A stretch of 57,019 bases of DNA from Thermoplasmatota archaeon. GTDB lineage: Archaea > Thermoplasmatota > Penumbrarchaeia > Penumbrarchaeales > Penumbrarchaeaceae. The DNA is taken from positions 1-57,019 of the forward strand of contig CBDDUX010000047.1 in NCBI GenBank assembly GCA_965234725.1, given 5' to 3'. The notes beneath the pieces were generated by a model. The model did no database searches, was not told the DNA's origin, and worked only from the letters and a program-made list of their open reading frames with translations. This document shows, in pieces, positions 27,835-37,927 of the stretch. Position numbers and translations under genes: made by a program. Each line of letters opens with the position of its first letter. The stretch's first letter is position 1.

Positions 27835-28890
27835 ATGAGGAAGGAAAGGGAAGCAGGGAGGAACCTTGGGCTGAATTACTTATCAGTTCAAATCCTCGTC
27901 TGCTTCCTGGTATTCACTATTTTCATTATCAATACATCCGCTCAAGAAGAATTGGATACGGATTCGGATGGAATGCCCGATTCCTGGGAAGAGACCTACG
28001 GATTGAACATCACCGATCCCTCGGATGCCTCTGAGGACCCTGACGGTGATGGTCTGATTAACCTTAGGGAATATGAGTATCGTGTCTATCCCTTCGATCC
28101 GGATTCGGATTCAGATGGTATGCCGGACGGCTGGGAAGTGGATTACGATCTTGATCCCAAGAAGTATTCGGCTGATAATGATGCGGATCGGGATGGATTT
28201 TCTGATCTTGAGGAATATATGAATGGATCAGATCCAACGAATGGCTATGATCCAGGAGATGATGATACACCAATCGATAATGAAAAAGCAGATGACGGGA
28301 GTGCCGCATCCAGTTTTCTCTGCCTCATCGTGATGATCATCATTGTATTCTTTGTGGTATTCTTCCTGATCCTTGGTTTCTACTCCAAGTTGAAGAAGGA
28401 CAAACTGTTGGACCACGAGACAAGACAGAGGATCATGGATTTTATCAAGGGCCATCCCGGGACCTATTACACTGAATTGAGGAAGGAACTGGACCTCGCC
28501 CACGGCGTCCTGACACATCACTTGAACATCATGGAGACCCAAGAACTGATCTTCTCCAAACAGGACCGCCAGTTCCGGAGATTCTATGTTGACGGACTTT
28601 ACAAGGACACTCCCATGGTCACTGGCACACAGAAGAGGGTCCTGGATGAGATCAGAAGATATCCGGGTTCGTCACAGAAACAGATCGCTGATCAACTGGA
28701 CCTCTATCCAATGATGATCAGCTATCATGTCAGTCAGCTGGAGGTCCTTGGTCTGGTTGAGAAGAGGAAGGAAGGTAGGAGGAACCTTCTCTTTGCATGT
28801 TCAATAAAAGAGAAAAAAATGGAAGATACAATACTCGGAAGAGGACCTTTCGAAGGACCCGCTCCTGAGATGGGATTGGTGGAGAATTGA
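27835..28890 (+). CDS. membrane-anchored winged-HTH regulator with extracellular DxDGDG repeats
   Basis: Signal peptide, four DxDxDG repeats, TM, two wHTH units (TRQRIMDFIKGHPG...HHLNIM; KRVLDEIRRYPG...YHVSQL). Confidence 0.85.
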   Translation: MRKEREAGRNLGLNYLSVQILVCFLVFTIFIINTSAQEELDTDSDGMPDSWEETYGLNITDPSDASEDPDGDGLINLREYEYRVYPFDPDSDSDGMPDGWEVDYDLDPKKYSADNDADRDGFSDLEEYMNGSDPTNGYDPGDDDTPIDNEKADDGSAASSFLCLIVMIIIVFFVVFFLILGFYSKLKKDKLLDHETRQRIMDFIKGHPGTYYTELRKELDLAHGVLTHHLNIMETQELIFSKQDRQFRRFYVDGLYKDTPMVTGTQKRVLDEIRRYPGSSQKQIADQLDLYPMMISYHVSQLEVLGLVEKRKEGRRNLLFACSIKEKKMEDTILGRGPFEGPAPEMGLVEN

Positions 28891-28921
28891 GTTTCAAGTG
28901 GAACTTCTTGTCCCAGTCCTG

Positions 28922-29323
28922 TTACCAGAAGTCGGAACCTATCTCGATAAGGTTCCCCTCAGGATCAGCGATCATGGAGGACCTCATCTTCCATGGTTCA
29001 TCCCGGGGTTCATAGATGGGTTTCGCTCCTTGATCGACAAATCTCCTGAAGAAGAGATCAACATTTTCTTTTTCACCTACGTTTATTGCAAGTTCAAAGG
29101 TCCCGTTGATACCTTCCGGGTATGATGGATCCTTCCCCAGGAGGCCGGGAAGTTTCTCCCTCTCATACATTGCGAACCTAATTCCCTCGTGCTTGAACTC
29201 GGCATAAGGTCCTTCCCCATTCCATTCTATTTCGATGCCTATCACATCACGGTAGAATCCCACCATCTTCCCCAGGTCCTTCACGAAGAGACCTATCAGG
29301 TCGAATTTGATGTTCATTTCCAT
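28922..29323 (-). CDS. VOC/glyoxalase family protein
   Basis: LFVKDLGKMVGFYRDVIG...PW..RS..IADPEGNLIEI. Confidence 0.92.
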   Translation of the reverse strand: MEMNIKFDLIGLFVKDLGKMVGFYRDVIGIEIEWNGEGPYAEFKHEGIRFAMYEREKLPGLLGKDPSYPEGINGTFELAINVGEKENVDLFFRRFVDQGAKPIYEPRDEPWKMRSSMIADPEGNLIEIGSDFW

Positions 29324-29362
29324 TTCTCCTCCTTTCTGACGATCATTTTCTATACACCCTGT

Positions 29363-30358
29363 TCACTCGAAGTACTCGAAAGCATCGATGATATCCAGAT
29401 ATACTCCGTCGAATCCAGCGGCGATTATCCGGTCAAGATAAGAATTCGTACTGCCGAAGATTATATCCTGCCAGGCAGGGTCCCAATATCGGACCTTGTA
29501 ATTCCCTTCCCAATCGGGATTCTCCTTTTCCAGCCATGATGGTTTATTATCCTTCCATTCCGACTTCCAGTAGAAACGGTAATCCTCAGCTTCACCAATG
29601 CTCATATAAGCGATGACCAGCCGTTCTCCTCCATTCTCCTTGGTCTTTAATGAATTGACCTCACTGGAGGAAAGGATATCCCCATCATAGAACACATCGA
29701 TCAAGATGATGTCGTAATTGTTATCCCCCAAAGCACTTAGATATTCGCTTCGAGTGGAAAAACCATCCGGGTCCAGGATGTAAAGGAAGTTCTTTGCCTC
29801 CGAGAGAGACGTGATATTGTCGGAGTTCATATTGAAGGGATCCTCAGGGTGCGATGGGATATCATCCAGGTCCCTGTGGTCTGCCGAGAAGGAGATGTAT
29901 CCTTTCTGTGAGTTTTTGGAGTAGGAGTCGTCCATCTTGGATGGAGTTGAGCAGTAATCTGTAACGAGGACCTCAACTCCGTTGGATTCTGCAATATCAA
30001 GGAATGAGATCATGTATTCCGTCTCCGAACCAGGAGTGGCCTTGTTGTCATCCTCAAAACCATAGAAAAGGTCCTCTCTACCTACACCATCGATGGCATC
30101 GATATAATCTTGAGCGGGTGCCCCGTCCTCTTCTCCATTTTCCGTCAAAAGTTCAGGACCGTTCTGGGGGATTATTATGAGATCCGGATTGTATCCCTTG
30201 CCATACGAACTAATGTTGATGACGAGATCTCGCATGTATTGTTTATATTCTCCAGAGGGGGGTGTGTCTTCATCATCGTCACTACTTTCAATACATCCAG
30301 CTGTAAGGATCAGGATCAAGATGAGAACTGGTGTGAAGTGCCTCTTCATGACCCTCAA
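29363..30358 (-). CDS. lipoprotein, endo-alpha-1,4-polygalactosaminidase (GH114, MJ1477/TM1410-like)
   Basis: TAGC lipobox, IIPQNG, AYMSIGEAEDYRFYW, ENPDWEGNYKVRYW, GFDGVYLD. Confidence 0.88.
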   Translation of the reverse strand: MRVMKRHFTPVLILILILTAGCIESSDDDEDTPPSGEYKQYMRDLVINISSYGKGYNPDLIIIPQNGPELLTENGEEDGAPAQDYIDAIDGVGREDLFYGFEDDNKATPGSETEYMISFLDIAESNGVEVLVTDYCSTPSKMDDSYSKNSQKGYISFSADHRDLDDIPSHPEDPFNMNSDNITSLSEAKNFLYILDPDGFSTRSEYLSALGDNNYDIILIDVFYDGDILSSSEVNSLKTKENGGERLVIAYMSIGEAEDYRFYWKSEWKDNKPSWLEKENPDWEGNYKVRYWDPAWQDIIFGSTNSYLDRIIAAGFDGVYLDIIDAFEYFE

Positions 30359-30458
30359 TGGAGGTCCAGGTATTAATCTGGTGACCTGTGATCGGTAATT
30401 ATTTCAAAATAAACCATACGTTTTTATATCGATAGATATATTGTAATACGGTAATCTT

Positions 30459-30674
30459 ATGGATACTGTAACCGTATCACCAAAATTTCAAGTTGTCATC
30501 CCCTCCAATATCAGGGATAGGCTGGGAATCCTCCCCGGGGAGAAGGTGGTGGTCATGGAAAAGGACGGGGTGATCCATATGGTCAGAATAGGGAAGATAA
30601 AGACCCTAAGAGGCAAGTTCAAGAAGGTCACTTCAGAGGGGTTAAGAGATGAAAGGGACAGAGATGCTATCTGA
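30459..30674 (+). CDS. vapB: AbrB/MazE-type antitoxin
   Basis: VTVSPKFQVVIPSNIRDRLGILPGEKV; overlaps PIN gene. Confidence 0.9.
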   Translation: MDTVTVSPKFQVVIPSNIRDRLGILPGEKVVVMEKDGVIHMVRIGKIKTLRGKFKKVTSEGLRDERDRDAI

Positions 30675-31062
30675 GATCAAACATTATATTATAGATTCGT
30701 GTGGCTGGATCGAGTATCTATCTGATGGCCCTCTTGCAGATAGTTTTTCTCGATATATTGAACAGGCTACCCCGAAAGAATACTTCACTCCTTCGATCGT
30801 CATATATGAGGTATACAAACGGTTGAGGACCATATATTCGGAAGAAGAAGCAATGAAAGCGATCGCCCATATCAAATACTTGACAACGATCATTGATATG
30901 ACTGAATCGATTGCGTTGAAGGCAGCGGACCTTAGCTTTGAAAGAAAGATCCCCATGGCCGATTCAATAATACTTGCATCTTCATTGATGACGGATTCCA
31001 CCATTGTTACTTGTGATTCGGATTTCAAGGATATGGACGGGATCATTTTATTTGCAAAATAA
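30649..31062 (+). CDS. vapC: PIN-domain toxin (start probably 30664)
   Basis: IIDSCGWIEY, IYEVY, MADSIILA, VTCDSDF. Confidence 0.92.
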   Translation: MKGTEMLSEIKHYIIDSCGWIEYLSDGPLADSFSRYIEQATPKEYFTPSIVIYEVYKRLRTIYSEEEAMKAIAHIKYLTTIIDMTESIALKAADLSFERKIPMADSIILASSLMTDSTIVTCDSDFKDMDGIILFAK

Positions 31063-31075
31063 AAGATGAAAATTC

Positions 31076-31561
31076 TTAATTGATGATATTATCTGATCTT
31101 GAATCGATCCATCTCTTTCCACAACGAATGCAGTTATCCCTGTGAACAGATACCAATTGACCGCAATTTGGACAGGTCCATCTCCTGATCTCATTTTCAA
31201 TGAACCTTTCAATTCCTTGGTCCTTGATCATTTCCAGGTTCTCCAGCATGGACATATGATACTTTCCACTGTATCTTTTATCCAGCTGCTTCAAACGTTG
31301 GCAGGGATATTTATCACATTGGAAACAATATCCTAGACCCTCTTCCGGGTTACGTTCATTACAGTTCCTAATCCTGCAAACAACACAATGATGAGGTTTG
31401 TTCTCATCATCACCCAGGCATCCCTGACAAGGTTTCCTTTCCCTCAGATATCCGATGCAAAGAGCACAGTTCATTCCACAGGGAGCTATATGATATATCT
31501 CCATGCCCTCAGAACCTCTCGGTGTGGACTCATTCATGGTGGATCGTTCATAATCCCTCAT
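31076..31561 (-). CDS. DUF3795 Cys-rich protein
   Basis: APCGMNCALC, CQGC, C.IRNC, CFQCDKYPC..L, CPNCG. Confidence 0.85.
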   Translation of the reverse strand: MRDYERSTMNESTPRGSEGMEIYHIAPCGMNCALCIGYLRERKPCQGCLGDDENKPHHCVVCRIRNCNERNPEEGLGYCFQCDKYPCQRLKQLDKRYSGKYHMSMLENLEMIKDQGIERFIENEIRRWTCPNCGQLVSVHRDNCIRCGKRWIDSRSDNIIN

Positions 31562-32172
31562 TTTGGTATAAATAAACCATCCGGATCGGATCCCCGGAGT
31601 CCGGCTTCCTTCAGATAATTCGGGACCAATGAGAGGTCCTTTTCCTGTTTTGGCCCTATCAAATGATAATGTCTGGACCTCTCAAGCATGTCCCCGATGT
31701 ATTCGAGGTCTTCCTCGGTTGTCATCCAGTTCCTTTCATCCAACTTCGAAAGGTTGAAGGGAATCGAATATTCCCTGAGAGTCTTCTCACCGGATGTGTT
31801 GAAATAAAGGTCGAAATACGACATGGCGAGCTCTCTAATGTTCCTGTAAACAGGCTCCCTGAACCTCAATGTTGTGAAATTGGATTTTGCTATGGATCCC
31901 CAAAAACCGTTCTTCTTGAATACGGCTATTACATGATCATCATCGTTAACAGCCCTGAGGTCCACTATCAAAGGTGGATAACCAATTGTCCTCAGCTGTG
32001 CGGCAGCAAAAAGGGCCCCTTCGAAGCAATGGGCTGTCTTTTCCCTGAGGACCCTTGAAGGTGATTTCGTATCTCCTTTTGTGTTGTACGGGATCCCATC
32101 TAGGAATTCCTGGATCAGGATGGGTTTGTTAAAGGGACCTGTAGTTTGGTCATTTTTCGGAAGATCATCCAT
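31558..32172 (-). CDS. transglutaminase-like conserved protein
   Basis: AHCFEGALFAA, DDDHVIA, WGSIAKSN; likely start 32172 because the longer ORF crosses a terminator-like hairpin. Confidence 0.75.
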   Translation of the reverse strand: MDDLPKNDQTTGPFNKPILIQEFLDGIPYNTKGDTKSPSRVLREKTAHCFEGALFAAAQLRTIGYPPLIVDLRAVNDDDHVIAVFKKNGFWGSIAKSNFTTLRFREPVYRNIRELAMSYFDLYFNTSGEKTLREYSIPFNLSKLDERNWMTTEEDLEYIGDMLERSRHYHLIGPKQEKDLSLVPNYLKEAGLRGSDPDGLFIPK

Positions 32173-32222
32173 ATACTCTGGACAGCTTTGTCGATAATTT
32201 ACCTTTTGTATTGAAGAAATCA

Positions 32223-32244
32223 GGGGCCCTGAAAATAGGGCCCC
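32223..32244 (-). terminator. hairpin after surface-protein gene
   Basis: GGGGCCCT/AGGGCCCC stem 32 nt past the stop at 32277; weak U-tract. Confidence 0.5.
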
Positions 32245-32276
32245 ATTCGTTCCTTCGGAGGGTTTGGCAAACAACT

Positions 32277-35012
32277 TCACTCGATCAGCATGTCCCAGTC
32301 CATTTCTTCTTCATCCAGACTGCCGCTTTTAATGGTCTTCTCTTCATTTTCGCTCATATCAAGATCGAAATCATGATAGAACTGCTCTCTCTTTTTCTTC
32401 TTCTGGGTGGTGGTGAAACCCCAGATCCCGAGAACGAGGATAGCAGCTATGATGACCACGATAGCCAGAGAGACGAACAGTATGATAGGTGTTCCAGAAT
32501 TCGTTTTATCTTTCCCCATTGAAGCTTCCAGGTGATTGGATCCAGCGTCCGGGATGTAGAGTTGAAGAAGGTATTTTCCATCCTTGAACTGAATTGAATA
32601 TAGAGGATCATCACCGGTAGAGTTGACGAGCTCATCATATGAGGTGGAGGATAATTCGTTCCCGTCAAGTTTGATAACAATTCCTTTCTTTGTCAACTCT
32701 CCGAAAAGGTCCTGATCGATCTCGAGGGATACGATCCTGTCCCTGGTCTCATTGGATTCGATGAGGATCGAGATCTTACCCTGCTTGTAATCCTCAATTA
32801 TCAGAGAAAGACCATCCTCCAGTTCGATGACATCCATCTCCACGTCACCGGAAGTTCCGGAAGTGAGGGAAGCACTTGCGCTGAAATTTTCCTTCACTGT
32901 TGTTCCTCCTCCAGGCTTGGCCACATATAGCATGTACGAACCTGATGTTGGATAGGTCACGGTATAATTGGTCGAAGAGGTCTGGAAATGGTAGGAGTAA
33001 TTGCCTGCGCTTAGGTTCAGGACCTTGAATGCTGTGACTCCGGTCGTATAGGAGGTTCCGACTATGTTCATCGAATAGTTTGTACCATTGCTTGAAGATG
33101 TCCCAATGTGGATCTTGATATATGTTGGAGCGTCTCCATCAATGTCTCTGTATAGTATTGTGAAATTGACCAGTTGACCTTCAGTGGGTCTTGATGGGCT
33201 TTCTGCTGGAGAATGTATCACTGGTGGTGAATCAGTAGGCGTGGGTATGGATTTGCTGACATTCAAATTTAAAAAGGAGTTGTTACCAGGATACCATACC
33301 TTGCTCCCATGATTTGCGTTAACGGTTTTAAAATGATATGCGTAGTCACCCTCGAAAAATGGAACAGTATATCTTGCTGTGACACCGCTGGAATAAGAGC
33401 TCCCAGTCCATGTCATGTTGAATTCGATAAGATATGCAAGTATAACCTTTGATCCGTTTACAGATTTTGGTATCAGATTCAATATGATATAGGTTGGAGC
33501 ATCTCCATCGATATCTTTGTAATACACTGAGAAGGTGACATTCTCTCCCTCTTTTGGAGATGAGGGAGAATGCATCCCTCCTTCCAGGACAGGAGCATGA
33601 TCTTGTGCAGATTGGGGTCTCACGTAAAGAGTGTAGTTATTGTCAGATGTCATTGAGTAGTTACCTACCGTGCAATCGAAATAGTAGGTAAAATTCCCCT
33701 CCCAAAGAGCGATCTCTTTGTAATATTGAACCCCATGAAAGAAATCCGTCCCGGAAGTTGACATGTCTAATTTGAAAATGGGACCTCCGGAAGGGCGCAG
33801 GATCAGTCTTACATTATCTGGCTCGATGCCTGAGGTTTTTTCCTTGTACCATAATGTGAAGTTGCATGTCTGATTGTTAACAGGGGATGTCGGGCTCACT
33901 GCAGGACTGTAGATTGTGGGAAGGATAACTGATCCTTCTCCTACGACCAATTGATAAAAATCATTTTCCGGAAGGGTTGCATTATAGGTATTGTAGGCCA
34001 TATACCTGTAATAATAGGTGCCACTGGGTAATGTCGTGTTAGTAGTGTATGTCAATCCAATGTTGTAACTGTAGCTTTGGTAGGTTTCAAGACTCAGAGA
34101 TTTATAATAACTCTTTTCCGAGTCAAAAATGTAAACAGCTATCCCTAGAGGGGCGTCGTTGTCGATATCCCTGTAATTGACACTGAAATATATTGTCTCA
34201 TCCTCATCCGGATGTGATGGGTATATGGAATTATTATAGAGGATCGGTGGATGATCGATTGGTTCAGGAGAGGCAATGTATAGGTGATAATATCCGGAGG
34301 ATGGATTGTAAACAGTTTCATTCTTGAAGTTCATGGCAAAATACCTGTAGGAATAATTACCCTCATCAAGCTTCAACCTGATGATGCTGCACCAGACTCC
34401 CGTCGTATAATTTCCAGATGATATATTCATTCCATATGTCTCGATATTGTATCCGTCATATATCTCCACCACAACATGCTCTGGAGCATCACCGTCCAGG
34501 TCCCTGTATTTAACAGTAAAATTTACCCCAGTCTCCGCAGTAGGTCTGTCGGGATGATATTGCGGATCGATCAATTCCGGATCATTGGAAACCGATCCAT
34601 TCAAAAAGAACGTCAGATTCGAGCTGGAGGGATACCGGCGGGTTCCATTGACGGTATAGGCATTGAAGTAGAATTCATGAGTTCCAGGTGCAATAGAACC
34701 CGTATGATTGAAAAAGAATGTTTCCCCGGTCCTGATATGGAGGAGGGTTTCATTCTCGCTTGTCATGTTGTAGAAGAAACCATCCACGGCGACCAGAATC
34801 CCATTGGGTGTGTTATTCAGGTCGTCACGATAACTCAATGTGAAATTGAATGTTGTGTTCACTTCCCCGGTTGTTGGAGTCACTTTTCCATCCCATATAT
34901 ATGAATTGTAATCTCTCGAGGGTCCTGCCTCTGTGGAATTAAGGACTATTAATGATCCGAGAAGTAGTAGAACCGTCATCAGTATGGCCGATAATGATTT
35001 GCTTGATCGCAT
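32277..35012 (-). CDS. cell-surface glycoprotein with about six Ig-like repeats and C-terminal anchor
   Basis: Signal peptide; repeated F(T/S)xxY(R/K)DxDxDAP...G.Y.Y.F units; many NxS/T sites; C-terminal TM plus KKKKR. Confidence 0.85.
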   Translation of the reverse strand: MRSSKSLSAILMTVLLLLGSLIVLNSTEAGPSRDYNSYIWDGKVTPTTGEVNTTFNFTLSYRDDLNNTPNGILVAVDGFFYNMTSENETLLHIRTGETFFFNHTGSIAPGTHEFYFNAYTVNGTRRYPSSSNLTFFLNGSVSNDPELIDPQYHPDRPTAETGVNFTVKYRDLDGDAPEHVVVEIYDGYNIETYGMNISSGNYTTGVWCSIIRLKLDEGNYSYRYFAMNFKNETVYNPSSGYYHLYIASPEPIDHPPILYNNSIYPSHPDEDETIYFSVNYRDIDNDAPLGIAVYIFDSEKSYYKSLSLETYQSYSYNIGLTYTTNTTLPSGTYYYRYMAYNTYNATLPENDFYQLVVGEGSVILPTIYSPAVSPTSPVNNQTCNFTLWYKEKTSGIEPDNVRLILRPSGGPIFKLDMSTSGTDFFHGVQYYKEIALWEGNFTYYFDCTVGNYSMTSDNNYTLYVRPQSAQDHAPVLEGGMHSPSSPKEGENVTFSVYYKDIDGDAPTYIILNLIPKSVNGSKVILAYLIEFNMTWTGSSYSSGVTARYTVPFFEGDYAYHFKTVNANHGSKVWYPGNNSFLNLNVSKSIPTPTDSPPVIHSPAESPSRPTEGQLVNFTILYRDIDGDAPTYIKIHIGTSSSNGTNYSMNIVGTSYTTGVTAFKVLNLSAGNYSYHFQTSSTNYTVTYPTSGSYMLYVAKPGGGTTVKENFSASASLTSGTSGDVEMDVIELEDGLSLIIEDYKQGKISILIESNETRDRIVSLEIDQDLFGELTKKGIVIKLDGNELSSTSYDELVNSTGDDPLYSIQFKDGKYLLQLYIPDAGSNHLEASMGKDKTNSGTPIILFVSLAIVVIIAAILVLGIWGFTTTQKKKKREQFYHDFDLDMSENEEKTIKSGSLDEEEMDWDMLIE

Positions 35013-35099
35013 TTTAGCACCTCATTTTCCTTGATAAGATGGAACTGAGAACTGATTTACTTAAGCATCACGGGACATTACCCTGAAATTATACCAAAG

Positions 35100-37919
35100 A
35101 TGCAGAAATTATCCCATGTGCCGGAAAACATATTTAACGCTATTAGGAGGTCCCAGTTCGATAAAATGGAGGAGGGATCCGTCCGACCCCTACGTATAGG
35201 GGTCCAGAGGAAAATACTTCTTCTTTTACTGGAGAATATGAAGTATATCGATGATTTCGAGGTTCCCGAGGTCCTTTCCCAGAAGGGGATGGGTCGGAAG
35301 CTATCCCTTAGACAGAATCATGTTTCCAGAGCACTTACCGAATTGAAGGATGAGGGTCTGGTCGGTGTTAGGACAGCCCACATCATGGGTGTGGGAAGAA
35401 GACGGAATATCTATTTCCTGAAGGAAAAGGGAGTGATGGAGGTCAATGATTATATCCGATCGCTTCAGCAAAGGAAGTTCCCTGTCAGACTTCCAGACGG
35501 GGGATTGAAATTATTTTCGATCCCTAAGATATTGGAACTGATTACAAAGAGGTCCGGGACTAAACCTTCTTATTACCAGCTACTAACCTCTTTCTATGAT
35601 GGTTCCGAATTCAATATTGTCACGGGAAAGAAAACCCCTTCATCACAGGAACCTCCGGTAAGCAGACATTTTTTCGGAAGGGACAAGGAGATCAGTGATC
35701 TTAATAGAGCTATAAATGACAGGAAGATCGCAGTCGTATCTGTGGTCTCACTCGCAGGGATGGGGAAGACCACGTTGATGGGAAAGGTCCTTTCTGATAA
35801 GAAAAATACCGACTGGACCTCCCTGACCGAGTGGACAGGTCCTGAAAGGATACTTTCCAAGTGGGCGCGGTTCCTTGGTATGCATGGCAGAATGTCCCTT
35901 CTGGACCTTATTGGATATAAAGGATACAATGATCCGGAAGAAGCTGTTGATCGATTGCTCGAGGATCTAAAGGGATTGGATGCCATACTGGTTCTGGACG
36001 ATTATCATAGATCCGATAGCAGGATCGATGATCTACTATCAATGGTCCTATCAAAGTCAATGAAAAGCGATCACACGATATTGATCGGTTCCAGAGAAAG
36101 GCCAGGTTTTTACGGGAAAGACGATGTTCAGATAAGGAAATGCGTTTCAGAGATAACACTGGAAGGTCTTGATCGTGAAAGCTCCATGAAACTGCTTGAG
36201 GAGAGGAGCGTCCCTCTGCCTGAAAGGGAACGTATATTCAATATAACCAGGGGACACCCTCTATCGCTCGAATTGATCTGCAGGTCCTCTCTGAAGGACC
36301 CCATGGGATTGACCAGGGAGGTCGAGGATTATCTCGGAAAGGAACTACTATCCGGTCTCGATGAGAAGGAAAGAGAGGTCCTATGTCTTGCCGCTGTTTA
36401 CGAGGAACCCGTGGTCCAGGATGGTTTGCTCATACTTCCCGGTTCAAACAGATCTGTCCTGGATTCTCTAAAGGAGAAATTGATCCTGAGGTCTTACCCG
36501 GATGGAACATTGGACCTTCATGCTCTACTCCGTTACAATCTGAGGATGTGGATGGGAGAGGTGGATCTCACAAGGTATACCGAGATCGCCCTTTCACACC
36601 TTTCGACAAGGGGCTCGGAGAGAGAGGTCCTTCACTATCTTGTTCTCCTGGAAAGATCCGGAAAGAAGGAAGAGATCAATAGAATGTTTCTGGACCTAGG
36701 TGAGGAATTGATCGAATGGGGCAACTCACTGATCTTGGATCATCTGAAACTCATGGATGGTTCTTCCCTTTCCGGATTGGATAGAATGAAGTTCCTCATT
36801 TTGAAAGCAGATCTGGATATCTTTAACGGAGATATTAACCGGAGCAGGACAAGATTGAAGGAGGCCCTGGATCTGAGCAGTACTTTGAGTTCGGAAGAAA
36901 AGAACGATGAGGAGGTTTTCGAACAGATCACAAGAATATACAATCTCAGAGCGGAGCTATCCAGGCTGGAGGGAAAAGAGAAAGAAGTGATCTCCCATCA
37001 AATTGAAAACGTATCCCGGACCAGAAAACATGGAAATGAACATTCTCTGGGAAAAGCACTCAACAATCTTGCTCTTGCATACAAGAATGCCGGTCAACTC
37101 AACAAAGCAATGACTTCACTGGTCGAAGCATCTGAGATCTTCAAGAGGATCGATGATTCGGTTTCTCAGGCAATGGTTGAAGCAAATCTATCTGAGCTAA
37201 TGGTGATGAAAGGGGAGATCAAGACTGCCAGGAAGCATTTGAGATCAGTTGAAGGTATCTCGATCAGGTCACCGAAGATCGAATCAAGATTGAGAAGGAA
37301 GACAGGGCGTATCAAGGTTATGATGAGGGACTGGAATGGTGCCATTGATGATCTTCAGAAAGCCTATTCCTGCAGTGTGGATGGAGGGGAGAGACAGGGA
37401 GCTGCTCTGTCGATGTGTGAGATGGTGGAAGTTTCCATTAAAAGTGGGGATATGACCTCGGCAGTATCGAACCTTCAAAATCTCATACCTTTCATGCAGG
37501 GTGCAAGGGAAGAGGAGAAATGGACCAAGGATATCGCATGGTGTTTTCTTAGAAATGTTCACACTTTGAAAAACGTGAAGATACCTTCGAGGATCGTCGA
37601 TGGTGTAAGATATTCCCTTGAAATGATATTTGATAGGGAAGAGCACACAACAGCTGTTAAGGGATTGGGTGAGATAAGAGGGAAGTGTCCTGATCATTCC
37701 ATCCTGATACGATCTCTCAATATTGCATCCCAGCTACTCAGAGAACGGGGTGACATCCATGCTTCCATTGTGGTTTCCCTCTGGATCGCAGAGGACCTTT
37801 TGGAAATTGGGGATAGAACCCAAGCCAAAAAGGTTCTTTCAAGGATCATCAAGGATGCAAGCAAAATTGGTTTTTCAAAGGCTTCAAAGAAAGCCGAGAA
37901 GTTGTTAAAAGGGATCTGA
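35100..37919 (+). CDS. wHTH-STAND ATPase-TPR regulator (start probably 35166)
   Basis: MarR-like N-terminus (QNHVSRALTELKDEGLV), FFGRDKE, Walker A SLAGMGKTT, Walker B LVLDDYH, GHPLSL, TPR ALNNLALAY. Confidence 0.85.
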   Translation: MQKLSHVPENIFNAIRRSQFDKMEEGSVRPLRIGVQRKILLLLLENMKYIDDFEVPEVLSQKGMGRKLSLRQNHVSRALTELKDEGLVGVRTAHIMGVGRRRNIYFLKEKGVMEVNDYIRSLQQRKFPVRLPDGGLKLFSIPKILELITKRSGTKPSYYQLLTSFYDGSEFNIVTGKKTPSSQEPPVSRHFFGRDKEISDLNRAINDRKIAVVSVVSLAGMGKTTLMGKVLSDKKNTDWTSLTEWTGPERILSKWARFLGMHGRMSLLDLIGYKGYNDPEEAVDRLLEDLKGLDAILVLDDYHRSDSRIDDLLSMVLSKSMKSDHTILIGSRERPGFYGKDDVQIRKCVSEITLEGLDRESSMKLLEERSVPLPERERIFNITRGHPLSLELICRSSLKDPMGLTREVEDYLGKELLSGLDEKEREVLCLAAVYEEPVVQDGLLILPGSNRSVLDSLKEKLILRSYPDGTLDLHALLRYNLRMWMGEVDLTRYTEIALSHLSTRGSEREVLHYLVLLERSGKKEEINRMFLDLGEELIEWGNSLILDHLKLMDGSSLSGLDRMKFLILKADLDIFNGDINRSRTRLKEALDLSSTLSSEEKNDEEVFEQITRIYNLRAELSRLEGKEKEVISHQIENVSRTRKHGNEHSLGKALNNLALAYKNAGQLNKAMTSLVEASEIFKRIDDSVSQAMVEANLSELMVMKGEIKTARKHLRSVEGISIRSPKIESRLRRKTGRIKVMMRDWNGAIDDLQKAYSCSVDGGERQGAALSMCEMVEVSIKSGDMTSAVSNLQNLIPFMQGAREEEKWTKDIAWCFLRNVHTLKNVKIPSRIVDGVRYSLEMIFDREEHTTAVKGLGEIRGKCPDHSILIRSLNIASQLLRERGDIHASIVVSLWIAEDLLEIGDRTQAKKVLSRIIKDASKIGFSKASKKAEKLLKGI

Positions 37920-37927
37920 CCTGAAGA

